From Ginglymostoma cirratum (lineage: Eukaryota): a stretch of 64,000 nt of DNA. The notes under the pieces were generated by a model, which saw only the letters and a program-made list of their open reading frames with translations, was not told the DNA's origin and did not search any database. Of this stretch, positions 40,130 through 53,049 are shown piece after piece. The position numbers and the translations under genes were made by a program. The DNA lies in assembly GCA_024137785.1 (NCBI GenBank), contig JAHRHZ010000021.1:15888097-15952096 (forward strand), given 5' to 3'. The stretch's first letter is position 1. Each line of letters opens with the position of its first letter.

Positions 40130-40925
40130 CATTGAACTCTTCTTCCGTTGCCTTCACCTCCATGCTTATTTCTTTGGACAAGAGTCCTCTCTCCATCCCA
40201 CAGACCCCTTCACCCACCTCCAACACTCTCCCTCGACCTGGACCCCTCCCTCCGACCTTCTACCTGTGCTCAAACCTGTTCATTGAGATCTGTCAACCTT
40301 AATTTCTTTGCGCTCCCCGCACACTCCCCCATCCATCCCAACATATCTCCCTCTGAACTGATTGCACTTCCACGCTCTCAAATCCAATCCTGACTTTGTA
40401 TTCAAGCCTGCCAACAAGGATGGTGCTGTTGTTGTCTGGCGTGCTACCCTCTATATTGCAGAGCACAGCGCCAGCTCTCAGACACCTTCTCCTATCTCCC
40501 CTTGGCTCATGACCTCACCATTGCCATCAGGTAAGGTCGCTAATCTAATTTCATCTGGTGATTCCCTCCCACCCCCACTACTGCCTCCAAGCTCATAGTC
40601 CCCCAACCCCTTACAGCCTGTTTCTAGCACCCTCCTAAAATCTACAATCAGGACTGCCCAGCCTGACCCATTGTTTCTGTCTCAGCTCGATTTATTGTTT
40701 ATCTCCCCTGCCCAGTCCCTTCCCACTTACATCTGAAATTCCTCTGATTTCCAGTTTCGGGCTCCAGCCACCTCCTCTTCACCAAAGATGTGGGGTACAT
40801 GTTCCAATCCTACTCTAGCCCATAGCCACAACTCTTTCTCCAGTACATTGATGACATCATCAATACAGGTTCCCTCTCTCGTCCAGAAGTGGAGAAGTTT
40901 ATCAATTTTGCTTTGAAATTCCGTG
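40130..40925 (+). mobile_element. Penelope-like element RT remnant
   Basis: ALKSNPDFVFKPANKDGAVVVW (PLE IKPADKGGAVVV motif) and QYIDDII (YxDD) near 40842-40862. Confidence 0.85.
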
Positions 40926-41550
40926 ATACTGTGTAATTATCAATTACACATCAAAAACTAGGTCAGAGATTGCTGATAATTTCCAAAATAAGCCAAAGGG
41001 CAGATGAAGAGAACTTTTACATGTTGAGTTGTTATGATCTGGACTGCACTGCCTGATAGAAGAAGGGTATACAATATCAACTTTCAAAAGAATTTCCATT
41101 TAAACTGGGCCAAAGTTGCAGGGTTGCGGAGGAAGGGTAGAGGAATGGGACCAATTGGCAGTTCTTAGAGAACTGAAACACTGGCTGTTTTCAATGTTTA
41201 AGGAAATGTTTTATATATATTAATGTATTATTCTGGTTTCACCTTAAATTCCAGATATCCGAGAGGTGGACTTCCTGCTGTTGTCAGTCCCATTGTTATT
41301 GGAGCTAGTACATTACAGACTATTTGTCTCATTGTTTTTTAGTTGAATCCCTGACTTTGGCTCCTGTTTGGTTTTGGACTTTGCAAAAGGTGCAATCCTA
41401 TATTCACAATTTTCTCTTTTCATTTCAAATCTCCACCTTTCAGAAATATTTGTCTTTCCATCATCACTTAAATAGATCTCCCTCTTTGGCTTTTTTATAA
41501 CATAATTCTCTATGTTAAGTCTAGGCTTGAATATGTAAGTAGGCTTGAAC

Positions 41551-41650
41551 ATTTCTGATGAAAGGTCTAGGCCCGAAACGTCAAGCTTTCCTGCTCCTAT
41601 GATGCTGCTTGGCCTGCAGTGTCCATCCAGCTCTACACCCTGTTGTCTTG
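41551..41650 (+). mobile_element. Short PLE-derived insert with hammerhead motif
   Basis: atttctgatgaaaggtctaggcccgaaacgtc; duplication cttgaatatgtaag at 41526-41539 / 41647-41660. Confidence 0.85.
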
Positions 41651-42799
41651 AATATGTAAGATCCTTTTGTCACTCCAATGGAACTCAAGATTAAACATTT
41701 AACTTCATGAAGTGTATATAAATTTGAAATATTCAGCTTAAATCATATGGAGCTCATCTCCATCTTGATCAATACCTTCCCTGGAGGTTTGATTCCTTCC
41801 TCATTGCCTCTGTACAAAATTTTAGAAATTAAACCATTACTTTTAAGGTGGCAGTATAATTGCTGGTGGTAAATACTGAGACATAATGGCGTGCAATTAC
41901 ATCATGTGCATGCATTGTACTTGCATTTGTTGCTAGCAGCTTGTGACCCTAAGAGGCACCTGGACAGTGGAATGTATTGGCAAGAATAACATTTTTTAAA
42001 AAAGTATTGTGATTTTTTGTGAATGTTTAATATGACCATAAACATCCCAGATGATTTTGTATAAATTAGCGTTAAAATTATATATTTGGACCCTTCACTG
42101 CAGAATCCTATGTTGTTGAAGCTGGTGTCAAAACCTGTTTCTGGATCAAAAGAAAATAACTGTTTTATTTTCTGTAACAAAAAGCCCAATTTCCCAAATG
42201 TCACAGTATCTGAAATCCTCATCAGCTGTGGTTTGCAAAGTATGCTACCAAAGTCAATAATATTTAATGGATAGATCATATATTCAGCATGAGGATGCAG
42301 TAACTTAATTTTGGCACTCTTTAAATAATGGCATCTTTTGGTGATGTAATTGTGTCTGCATTAACAAAACAAGTTAAATTTACATTATTGTTGTGGTAAA
42401 TTCAAGAAATGGGAACATCATGGAATGGGCAGGAATTGAATGTCGGACAGCATTCTTGATCCCACTGAAATTCTGGGTTGAGGGCTAGCTTTCCATACGT
42501 AGCAGCTCCTGGTATTAAAATATAGCCTTTCTGCACTGGGAAGGGAAAAGATAGCCAGTGCTGTGATTTAGAGATCTGCAGCAACCGATAAATGGGGATT
42601 TTTAGAGGTAAGTCTTTGCTCCAACTTTCAGTAACAAATCAGAGATGCATAACTCCCCCTAAACTCGGCTTTGCAGCAAAGAATGTGATGAAGATTAGTG
42701 GCCCCGTTTGAAGCTGCAGGGAATGTCTGCACTGGAAAACTGTTTAGAAGACGTTATCAGATCAAATAATGTAATTCTATCCAGTATTATAGCAAGAGA

Positions 42800-43097
42800 G
42801 ATCGCACGGTGGCAGTATGGTTAGCATTGCTGCTTCAGGGACCTGGATTCGATTTGAGCCTTGTGTGACCGTCTGTGTGGAGTTTGCACATTCTCCCTGC
42901 ATCTGGGTTTGCTGAGGATGTTTTGGTTTCCTGCCACACTCCAAAGATGTGCGTGTTAGGTGGATTCGCCATGGTAAATACAGGGTTACAGGGATAGTGT
43001 GGGGAGGCTGTGTCTGGGTGGGATGCTGTGGGGAGGGTTCGTGTAGACTCAATGTACCAGACAGCCTGTATCCACACTGTAGGAATTCTATGATTCT
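42800..43097 (+). mobile_element. HE1-type V-SINE
   Basis: gcacggtggcagtatggttagc, ggattcgatt, tgtgtggagtttgcacattctccc, tail gtaggaattctatgatt. Confidence 0.9.
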
Positions 43098-43994
43098 GAG
43101 TCAGGTGAGTATGCTGGCCACGAGGTATTTCATCCTACTGAATTTACCTTGTAGCACAATGCCTGGCCTTTCTGCAGCAAGCTTATTTTGCATCAAAGCC
43201 TATTAGACTTCCTATGTGGTTCTTGGATGCAAACATTTTGCAGCAGAATCCATCAATTTAGCAAAGGCACTGTGACTGGATGCTATGAACTACAAAAAAA
43301 TTTATCTGTTCAAATTTCATTTTCTGTTTGAAGGATGAGGATGTGACAGAATGAGCAGTCCTGGGTGGGAGAAAAGTCCAATAGTTATAAAAAGAAAGAA
43401 CAGAAGGAGCAAGTCTTGCATTTGCAAAGAATCATGCACAACCTCAAGCTGAGCGAATGTTCTTTACACACATGAAGTTTTTGCAGTTCTTTGTAGAAAT
43501 GGTAATGAAAACCATTGGAACTAATGCCATAAAGAACAGAGGAAGCTAAATTTGGATGCTTTTCCCAATTAGGAATATATTGTTCATGAAATCTTTGATT
43601 TCCATCCTAGTTGGGTAGCAACTGCAGACAGACTGAGCAAAGACTGACTGTGGTTGAAGTCAACTGGTGTCAGAGAAAGCATATACAATCAAAACACAGG
43701 AAGGTTAAATTAAATCAAAGTCAGCAGATGATCATGCTGGGTTAGAATAAAAAAAGACACAGTGAAATAAGAATGGAAACCTTCTCCAAATTCACTTAAT
43801 AAATAATCGCTTCTGGTGGCATGTTAGGGAGCTTTCAGAGAAAGATGAGGTAGCTTTCTAGTTCGGAGAAATTAATCCTATGCTGTGTAAAGTTTCCCAT
43901 CTTTCAAAGTTAGTTTAATAATAAGATTGCTAAATTTTCTACTGTTTTGTTGAAATAGCTGACATTCCGTCTCGATTTTACTGCAACTGTTTTT

Positions 43995-44535
43995 GGAATA
44001 CCGCATTCATTTCTGGTCTCCCTGCTATAGGAAGGATGTTGTGAAACTTGAAAGGGTTCAGAAAGGATTTACAAGGATGTTGCCAGGGTTGGAGGGTTTG
44101 AGCTTTCAGGACAGGCTGAATAGGCTGGGAGTATTTTGCCTGGAGCTTCGGAGGCTGAGGGGGACTTTATAGTCATGAGGATAATGGATAGGGTGAATAG
44201 CCAAGGTCTATTTCCCAGGGTAGGGGAGCCCAAAACTAGACGGCATATGTTTGAGGCGAGAGGGGTGAGGTATCAAAGCTCTCAAAGGGGCAACTTTTTC
44301 ATGCAGACGGTGGAGCGTGTATGGAATGAGCTGCCAGAAGAAGTGGAGGAAGCTGGTACAATTACAACATTTAAAAGGCATGTGGATGGGTACATGAATG
44401 GGAAGGATGTGGAGGAATATGGGCCAAATGCTGGCAAATGGCACTAGATTAACTTAGGAATGGCATTTAGGTCAGCATGGACAAGTTGGACCGAAGGATC
44501 TGTTTCTATGCTGTATAACTCTATGCCTCTATAAC
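43995..44535 (+). mobile_element. CR1 LINE 3' part
   Basis: FWSPCYRKDVVKLERVQKGFTRMLPGL; NFFMQTVERVWNELPEEVEEAGTITTFKRHVD. Confidence 0.93.
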
Positions 44536-45499
44536 TGATTCATTGTTATCATTGACACAGAAGAGGGTATAGTTTTCATTGGGCACTGACATCAGCAACA
44601 TCAAGCTCCTGTGCTTCTCCACACCAATACTGCAAACCATAAGACAATGCTCCATCCTTATCATATTGCAGTACACTGCTTCTGGTAATTAACTTGAAAA
44701 TCTCAAAAGGGTGGAATCGGACCAGGCTCTGAGAAATGTGGGCTATAGTACGATGAGTGGTGGAATCAGGTGAGATGGTTGTCTTGACATTAAGATCAAC
44801 TTGCTGCAACTTCTCTGCCTTGTTCTAGCATTGTGCTGAGATTCTCACCAGGGAGCAGTCCAATTTTTCCCTATTGATACCTGTTATTGCTTTGTAATCG
44901 TTTGTTAACAGTCTGACAATCTTACCAAACTTGCCAAACAAACTAGCAGTCATGAAAACTTGACATAAGCAGGTTCTTGGTGGATTTCACTCGCCACTTG
45001 CTCAAAAAGTTCTTCATGTTGGATACCGGGCACCAACATCTCAAGCAAAATTGGGCAACGGCGATATGCACCTCACCTCTATGGAGATTGGCATTCTACA
45101 TGTGCCAGCCTCTATGAACCCTCATGGCACATCTCTGATCCACTTACAGAATGTTACACCCGCATCTATCATTGTATTGCGGCAGCATGGACACTGTGTG
45201 CTTGGTGACGCACACCCAGCTCATAGATTGAACCGGTGGATCTGAGCCGTTTGCTTGCTGCCATAGCACTCACTCATTGCGAGGCTACTTGATGACCAAA
45301 GCATTTCTGCCTTGCCTTTTTGCTCTTTGCCCCCTCAGCCACTTACCAGGCACATGTTACTTCTATTTTGCCTTGGCATTTACAGCAAACACAAAGCCAG
45401 GAAGTTTGTCATGGTTGTCAGCAGGTGTCTGTTATATCTAGAGGGATAGCCTTGACTCAGTGGGTCTGAGCACAACAAGTCAAGGGCAGCCTCTGATAC

Positions 45500-45920
45500 C
45501 AGTCCAGGCTCTGCACAGAGCAGTCAGAATTAGGATCCTGAGTAACAGGCATAATGCCACTTGTTTTGACTCTTTCTGTGCACTGTGCTTCTGTAATGAG
45601 AGAGAGGCAGGTGCTATGGAAGATGAAATTGGGTGGCAAAGCTATTACTGCTGGGACAGGTGGGGAGTTTTCCCAAGTGAGTGAATGGGCAGCACAAAGG
45701 GCGGGCAGGCTTAGTGGTGTCACAGTTTGGCGCGGGTTAGGGTGAGTCGGAGAGATGTTGCATGCGGTAGTGGGAGTGATAGACTATGGGCCTCAGTGGG
45801 AGATAGGTGCACAAGCAGTGATAGCGTTAGTGTGAGATATTGGAGAGAAATGGTGGCACTCACACTGGTAGAGTGGAGAACGTTATTGACCTTCTTTGTC
45901 TACTGCTGGTTCTGTGGGAG
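45500..45920 (-). pseudogene. Harbinger/PIF-type Myb/SANT-like gene remnant (two exons)
   Basis: Minus strand Q*TKKVNNVLHST then gtgagt donor; acceptor ctctctctcattacag then EAQCTERVKTSG; parallels 17410-17790. Confidence 0.5.
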
Positions 45921-46109
45921 GTGGATGTCCTGCCCCATCCATGTCCCTGTAGGAACACGGGGATCACTGCTGTCTGATGATCCATATTATTAATCTTGGG
46001 TTGAGCTATTAGTGCTCAAATTCTCTTTTCCTCAGACATCCTAAAGGTTGAACTGGCACAGTTTAGGTCTCAAAGGTCTCTACCCCGTGGCTAAAGTGAT
46101 TATTTCAGA

Positions 46110-46800
46110 ATCGCAGTGTGGTCCTCTGCATGGCAAAATGTCACATAATGCAGGACAAATCCAAGAAAAATGTGAGGAGCAGCACCAATTGCTATGCATG
46201 GACTTGTTTGACCTCAAAAGAGCCTTTGATTCTGTCAACCATTAGGGGTTATTAAATATTCTCAAATTTGAGTGCCATCAAATTTGTCACTGCCTTCTGC
46301 CTACTCCTTAACAACATGCGAGCTATGTTTACTAACAGAGGCACCTTAGACCCAAACTCAACAAGGACTAGGTTGAACAAAACTTTGTCATCATTTTTAT
46401 CCTCTTCACCACCTTCCTCACGGCAATACTGCTTCTTATCTTCAGCAAACTATCCTGAGGAATGGAGATAATTTATAGAACAAGTAGGAGATTGTTTAAT
46501 CACTCTGATTTCAATCAAAAATCAAAATCCCTCCACTTCAGTCATTGTCTCCAGAATGCAAAAGATACTGTGTGTCCATGTGTCCACTCAGCTCATTGTA
46601 AACTCCTTTGCTGAAGCAGGGCAGAAAATGAGTCCTTTCACGAATCCCAGAAAATAATGGTCATCTTCCAACTGGCTCCCAGAGTATAAAACAATTAAAA
46701 TCAATAGTGAAACCCTGGAAAATCTGGGCCATTTGCCTTGTCCAGGGGGCCTCCTTTCACTGAAGGCTCGATATAACTGACAAAGTCCATCTTACAGCTA
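46110..46800 (+). mobile_element. RTE-clade LINE RT remnant
   Basis: QIQEKCEEQHQLLCMDLFDLKRAFDSVNH matches the RTE QLQEKCREQ..LY..FIDL.KAFD motif. Confidence 0.8.
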
Positions 46801-48429
46801 TTACCAGCTGCAGCTAAATGTACATAGGTGATGGGTGCAGTAAATGATTAGGTTTGTGCATTAGGCGCTGATCAAATGATTTGTCTTGTCTCATCATAGA
46901 CAATGTTTGAAATTATTGAGTTGTTGGGATTGCACTCACTTAGCTAAATAACCATAGTTTCAATTTGTACCTCTTAGACAGTGGAGAGATTTCAGAAGTT
47001 AGGAGGTGAGTCAGCTCCTTAGCAGAACTGTAGAAAATGTTCAAATCCCACTGTTTACTTATATTCCACTCATAAAATCTAAGACATGCAGTGACATTTA
47101 TGCAGTGATGTCGACTTTTATTGTGTAGTAAACCTTTTCAGTGGAGTTTATCGGTAATTACATTACATCGCATTTTATTATAGTATAATCAAAAAGTAAA
47201 ATGGATTGTCTCACAGATCCTCGTGTTGGCAGACTTTTTTTTAGGTATTGTATCATGCTGGTGATTTTCCATATAGCATAAATATTCTTCATAATGGTGA
47301 TCACATTTTATTGGTTAATTTCTGTTATGTTCTCCTGGAATTATTAAGTCATTAACAAATTGTTCTTTAACATAAACCCACAAATAGTTCTTTTTATTCA
47401 GCTGTTAGAAATCTATGAAGATTGTGTTCATTTTATAACACTAGTGTTAATCCATACAGCAGTGGTATTATTTGTGTATCATTGTCAGAAAGTGACACAT
47501 TCCTAATGTGTCAGAATTTGATAGCCTTATCATTGTGAAATAGGTGTTAGTATGTCTTTTAACACCAAATTAATTCTGCATCCAACACCCAGATAATGAA
47601 TATCATCAACTTAATCTTACTTGACCAATTTTATTCATTTATAAGAATCATCTTCTGTCAATTGCTGGGTAAAGTTACACTTGTAATTATCTTGCTTTAG
47701 ACGAACATGTCTTAGAAACACTTCTCCTTGTTTCCTGTTACAGTAGTAAATAATTGTGTCTATTCGATGCATTCAACTTCTGATAATAATTGCATTGTGG
47801 CCTTTTGAAATTCTGAATCTTAATCAGAATGAAAGTAACAAATGTGAAGCACTTCTGGCTTGTTTTGGTCAGATTGTTAATTCTTTAATTGAGGCCCAGT
47901 GCATGGGATTTTAAAATGCTACCAGGAGTCTGTGAGCTATTTTCTGAAGATTGTTGCTATGGTCTCCCTGGTAACACGCTTAAGAAATAGTTGAGCACAT
48001 GGTTTCCAAATCAATACAGTTTTGTAATTAATCTAATTATGAATATAACAACCTGATATTTTTTGAACAAGGACTGTAGCAATGAATTTCCAATGAGTTT
48101 TGGCAAATTGTCAAGACTTATAAAAAGTAACATGCTGCATAGATTTACCACAGTCTATCTGAATTGAGCAAGTGAGAAATTCATAAAGATGCAGAAGGTT
48201 TTAGTTAGTTTTCACAATATATAAGCAGGAAGATTGGAGGTGTACTTTGAGAGATGGGCACTTCTGTAATAGTGGATTATTTGTAAAGAAAAAGAAAACA
48301 CTACAGCTACTGGAAATCGGTCATTAGAACATAAAATGTTTTAAATACCTAAATGGTTTGGAAGCTCCTGTGGACAGAGGAAGAGCGGATATTTGAGGTG
48401 CCTTTGCAAGATCGTAAACAGTAGATCTA

Positions 48430-49910
48430 TTTTTGTTTACTCTTTTAGGATGTGGACATTACTGACAAGGCCGTTATTTGCCTCCCTTCCATGCTGTCCT
48501 TGAGCAGGTAGTGGTGAGCTGCCTCTTGATCTGCTACAGTCCGTGTGGTGTAGGGACACCTACAGAGCTTTGAGGAACTCAAGGGAGTTCCAGAATTTTG
48601 ACCTAGCCAACTTAAAGGAATGACAATTTAGTTTATGTCAGGATGGTATGTGACTTGGAGGGGTATTTGTAGGTGGTCCTGTTTCCAGCATTCACTGCCC
48701 TTGTCCATCCAGGTGTTAGAGATTGCATATTTGGCAGGCATTATTGAAGCTATCTCAGTGAACTACTTCACTGCATTTTGTATGTAGCTCACATTGCTAC
48801 TGCTATGTGCTGGTGGTGGAAGGATTGAATGTTTAATGACAATCATTTGGGTTGCTTTGTCCTGGATGGTGTTAAGCTACTTGAGTATTGCTAAGGTGCA
48901 TTCATACAGGAAAGTGGGGAGAATAAGGTGAGTTGCTTGTCACAGAATTCCCAGCCTCTTACCTGCTCTTTTAGCCATAGTATTTATATAGACTGGTCAA
49001 TGGTAATCCTCAGGGAGTTGATAGTAGGGGATTCAGGATGGTAATGCCATTAAGTATCAAGGGGAGATAGTTAAATATTTTAACAAGGGAGATAGGCATT
49101 GCCGAGCACTTGTGTGGCAATAATGTTGCTTGCTAATTATTAACCTGAGTCAGAATGTTGTCCAGGTCTTTCTATGTATTCATACCTGAGAAGTTGCAAA
49201 TAACAAGCTTCCTGTTTTATGAAGACAGATTGGACAAGCCAGGCTTGCATCTGCTGTAGCTTAGAAAGGTAAGAGATGACTCGAGAAACAAACATTTGTG
49301 ACGAATCTTGACAGGGTGCTTGTGGAAAGGATGCTTCTTCTTGTGGGAGAATCTAGAACTAGTGGTCACAGTTTAAAAATAGGGGTGACCCATTTCAGAC
49401 AAGAGGCAACATTTTTGTGTTGTTAGTCTTTGGAATGCTCTCAAAAAGTGGAGAAGCAGAGTCCTTGAGTATTTTAAGGCAGAAGCAGGTAGATTCTTGA
49501 TAAGTAAGGGATTGAGATGTTAAATGAATGGGGGAAAGTGGGAATTTGATCAGTCGTGATCTTATTGAATTGAGGAGGGGTCTCCTTCTGCTCCTAATTC
49601 ACGTGTTTGTACTGTCCACTGAAAAGTGAATATTCCCAATTCTGACTCTACGATGAAGTGGAGATCATTGATGAAGTCGTTGAAAATGGCTGAACCTTGG
49701 ATAATACTGGAAGGAACTCTTCCGCGATGTACTGGATTGAGTTGATTGACCAGCAGCAACCACTACCATCTTCCTTTGTGACTCTAACCAATAGAGAATT
49801 TTCCTCCTGATTTCCATTGACTTCAGTTTTACTCGAGCTCACTGATGCCACACTTGGTTGAATGCTGCCTTGATATTAAGGGCAGGCACTATCACAACAT
49901 CGTTTGAGTA
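48430..49910 (-). mobile_element. LINE family B 3' part (interrupted by CR1)
   Basis: Family B tail at 48450-48520; VPSSIIQGSAIFNDFINDLHFIVESELGIF (RT) at 49.6-49.75 kb. Confidence 0.8.
49210..49610 (+). mobile_element. CR1 3' end nested in LINE family B
   Basis: gaagacagattggacaagccaggcttg...ctagaactagtggtcacagtttaaaaat...ctccttctgctcctaattc. Confidence 0.75.
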
Positions 49911-50074
49911 CAGTATGAAAACAAAATATTTCCTGTTCGTCCAAAATATTGCATAATCCAAAATAATCCAAAGGATTTCATGTTCTTGTTCTATGCAAGT
50001 TACAGAAAGTTTCATCTTCTTGAAAGGACTTTTAAAGAGATAGAGTTTATTTGTATATAATCTTCCACAATGAC

Positions 50075-50300
50075 AGGGATGTGGGTGTCACTGGTCAGCA
50101 CTTATTACCTGTTCCTATTGCCCTTGGGAAGGTGGTAGTGAGCTGCCTTCTCAGACTGTTGAAGTCCATCTGCTTTGGGTTGACCCACAAAGTCATTCGG
50201 GAGTGAATTCCAGATTTTTGACTCAGTGACATTGATAGAAACACGATATAGTTTCAAGTCAGGATGGTGAATGGCTTGGAGGGGAGCTTGAAGTGTTCCA
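50075..50300 (-). mobile_element. LINE family B 3' end
   Basis: KIWNSLPNDFVGQPKADGLQQSEKAAHYHL plus tail. Confidence 0.8.
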
Positions 50301-50389
50301 AAGTGCTCAACAGGCAATAATCTAATTGCTGCTTCAATGCAGGAGATAAAACGGTGAACTGTCACGCAGCAAGCCCCCACAAAGAGTAT

Positions 50390-50550
50390 GCATCTCGTCT
50401 GAAAGGCAGCACCTCTAACAATGCAGCACTCCCTTTGTACAGCACTGGAATGTCAGCTTCCATCTTCAAGTTGAAGTCTCTAGAGAAGGTCTTGGTTTCA
50501 AAACTCCTATCCCAAATACAAGCTTTTTACCAACTGAGCTACAGCTGACG
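50390..50550 (-). mobile_element. DeuSINE/SacSINE1-like head
   Basis: catctcgtctgaaaggcagcacctctaacaatgcagcactccc...caactgagctacagctgac. Confidence 0.75.
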
Positions 50551-50720
50551 AATGTATGAGAAGATGGGACTTGCCTTGGAGAGAAATCCAAGATACAGAT
50601 CTAAAATATTTTAGAGTTTAAAAAAAATTTCAAAGACCTAAATAACATCGATTTAATTCTGTGCTTATTGTAAATTTATTAAGTTGTTCATTATTAAAAA
50701 TTTTACTATAAGTTGTTTCA

Positions 50721-50738
50721 TACTGCCACCTAGTGGCA
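50721..50738 (-). promoter_or_regulatory. Candidate CTCF site
   Basis: Minus strand TGCCACTAGGTGGCAGTA matches the CCASYAGRKGGCRS consensus with no mismatch; outside recognisable repeats. Confidence 0.6.
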
Positions 50739-52539
50739 AACCTGGCAAATTACCGCTTCAAGTGAATTAAAGTCGCGTTTAAAAATGTAAGGCGACTTAA
50801 TTATGGTGTTAATGTTTTACGTGCTGCTAGTGCCCTTAAAGCTCCAAAATGGTATCAACAGTGGGGAAAATCCCACCAACGACTGAGGTTGTTAGTGCTT
50901 TTGCAACATAAGTCTTTTAAAATTATGCACAGCTAGAGGGTCATGATGTTAAATCAGTGTGCAATACTGTTTTAAGTCAGCAGTTCAGATTTGGAGCTCA
51001 AGCTTCACTTAATACCTTTAAAACGTGGCTAATTGAAAATGTCTTTAGCAATCGGAAGGAATGCCAGCCAGTGGTATTTAGTGGCTCCATCAAATACTCA
51101 CAGGTTAATTACTGATTGATTTCTTTGGGCTGTTGTCCATAAGGTACCTGCAGATATCCAAATGTGGAGGGTGTGGTATAATAGCACCTAAAGGGTTAAT
51201 TGACATCACAAGTTAAACTGTTCCCAAGAGAATGTAAAGAACTGATCTATAGAGGAGCTAACCAGCACCATTGGTCTATAGTCTACTTCGGTGATTGTTC
51301 TTTATGTTAACAGCACGAAGCTGAAGTATTAATGTGCATTTACTTTTACATTGAGCCTGATGTCTCACAAATGACGATGATGTATCTTGGATATAATGTT
51401 GCTACTTGTGATATGTAACAGACCTCTTTATTGCTCATCAGGATTGAGCAGAACTTGGGCCTAAGATGTTTTGTGGTCTTTCTTCCCCACATGTTATCAG
51501 TAGCCTAGACTAATACCAGCAAGAAGTATCAGTGGGAGTGAATGCCACACAAAATGTAACAGAGTAGATCACTAACCTGCAAAAACATTGCTTCTGCTTG
51601 TATCGCCCTGGAGGAGTCCTGCTGATCGCAGCAGATCAAGCGTCACATTTGCTGTGCTCTACCACAGCCAGTGCTCCACGTCACCATAATGAAGGGATAT
51701 CCCTCACCACCAGTTACGCAATAAGCTGCGGAGGAGCAGGGGAGTGGATGTAGAGAAGAGCAACAGGATTAAGAGCCTTTTCAGGTCGGCTGTCCAGGTA
51801 GCTATGGGACTTTAAAAGGGGAAAGTGCAGGTATTCTTGGAGGAGAATCGTGAGCAGTTTTGCAGACAGAACAGCTGGCTTTGGACTGTACATTCTTGAC
51901 ATGTTTGCAATGGCCTGGGCTGACTGGGTGGCAGCAAGGTGTGGCAATGAGCCGAAGGACAAATTGCAGAGGACAGAAGATCCAGGCTGCATGCGGTCAC
52001 TTTTCTTCATCTGTTGGAGCCCAGATTGCTGAACTGCTGTGATACCTTACACGAGCCCTTGATCTCAGCGATCCACAACCACATGATGGCAGTGGCTAGA
52101 CCTTGAAACATAATCGCACTCCTATTTGGGAAGGCTGCATTTGCTTTAAAACTTGACCAATAGTACAAAGTGTACAATGATTCAGACAAAACAGTACAAA
52201 AGTAAACAAAACATTCAATTTGTGTGTAATTAAATCCCAGCCTTTTATCCACCAAGTTCCTTCTGTGGAAAAAGAAACTGGCTTACAAAACCCCACAATG
52301 TGACCATGTTGTTGTATCCAATACTGTTTAAATGGCAGTTTAGGGGATATGTATGATTGCTCTACCACCAAATCTGAGGATACATCTATTGGATGTATTT
52401 GGATGTTTATTTTATTCACATCAGATAATGGCAGGCACCCCTGATTCATGGATTCCTGACTCATTTTCCAGACTCTCTGATTTTCAGAAGAGCATTTTGT
52501 AGGTGTGGGTAGAATCCAGTTATCAGCGAGCACCCAGCA

Positions 52540-52640
52540 TTTTTGGTGTAGTCCCTGCCTCTGAGCCAGGAGGCTTGGGTTCAAATCCCTGCTCTAGGGG
52601 TATGTAACATCTCTGAACAGGTTGTTTTGACAATATCTAA
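52540..52640 (+). mobile_element. Short tRNA-derived SINE fragment
   Basis: gtccctgcctctgagccaggaggcttgggttcaaatccc (B box) then taacatctctgaacaggttg. Confidence 0.55.
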
Positions 52641-53049
52641 GTGCCAGCCCTGCTGCCACTTCCCTGTATCAGCTGGTCTAACTGCAGCCTGTACCTGTCC
52701 CCTCCCTCCACCCTAGGATGAAGATCCCATCATTCCAGGCTCTTCACCGGAGGCAGGTGCAGAGCACCTACATTTTCCTAACTCCTACTGCCAGTTTCAG
52801 TGATGAACCTCATGGCCAAAGTTCCGGGCATTTCATTGGAAAGGAGAATAGGTAGAAATATAAGAATTTTAAATTGGTGGAAATGGTAAGGGGGCATGAG
52901 GAAAATTCTCTGATAAAGTGTAAACCAAGGGAAATTAAAGGACAAAAGATTGCATGATGCAACAGCCAAAGAGAATGGTAATTGCTATGTAAAAAATCAG
53001 CTCAATGAAATGTGAAGTCAGATAAAACTGACCCAGCAAAACAACAAAG

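Noticed and set aside
44576-44809. Minus-strand 77-aa ORF as a coding exon
   Set aside because: No recognisable domain and no convincing splice pair.
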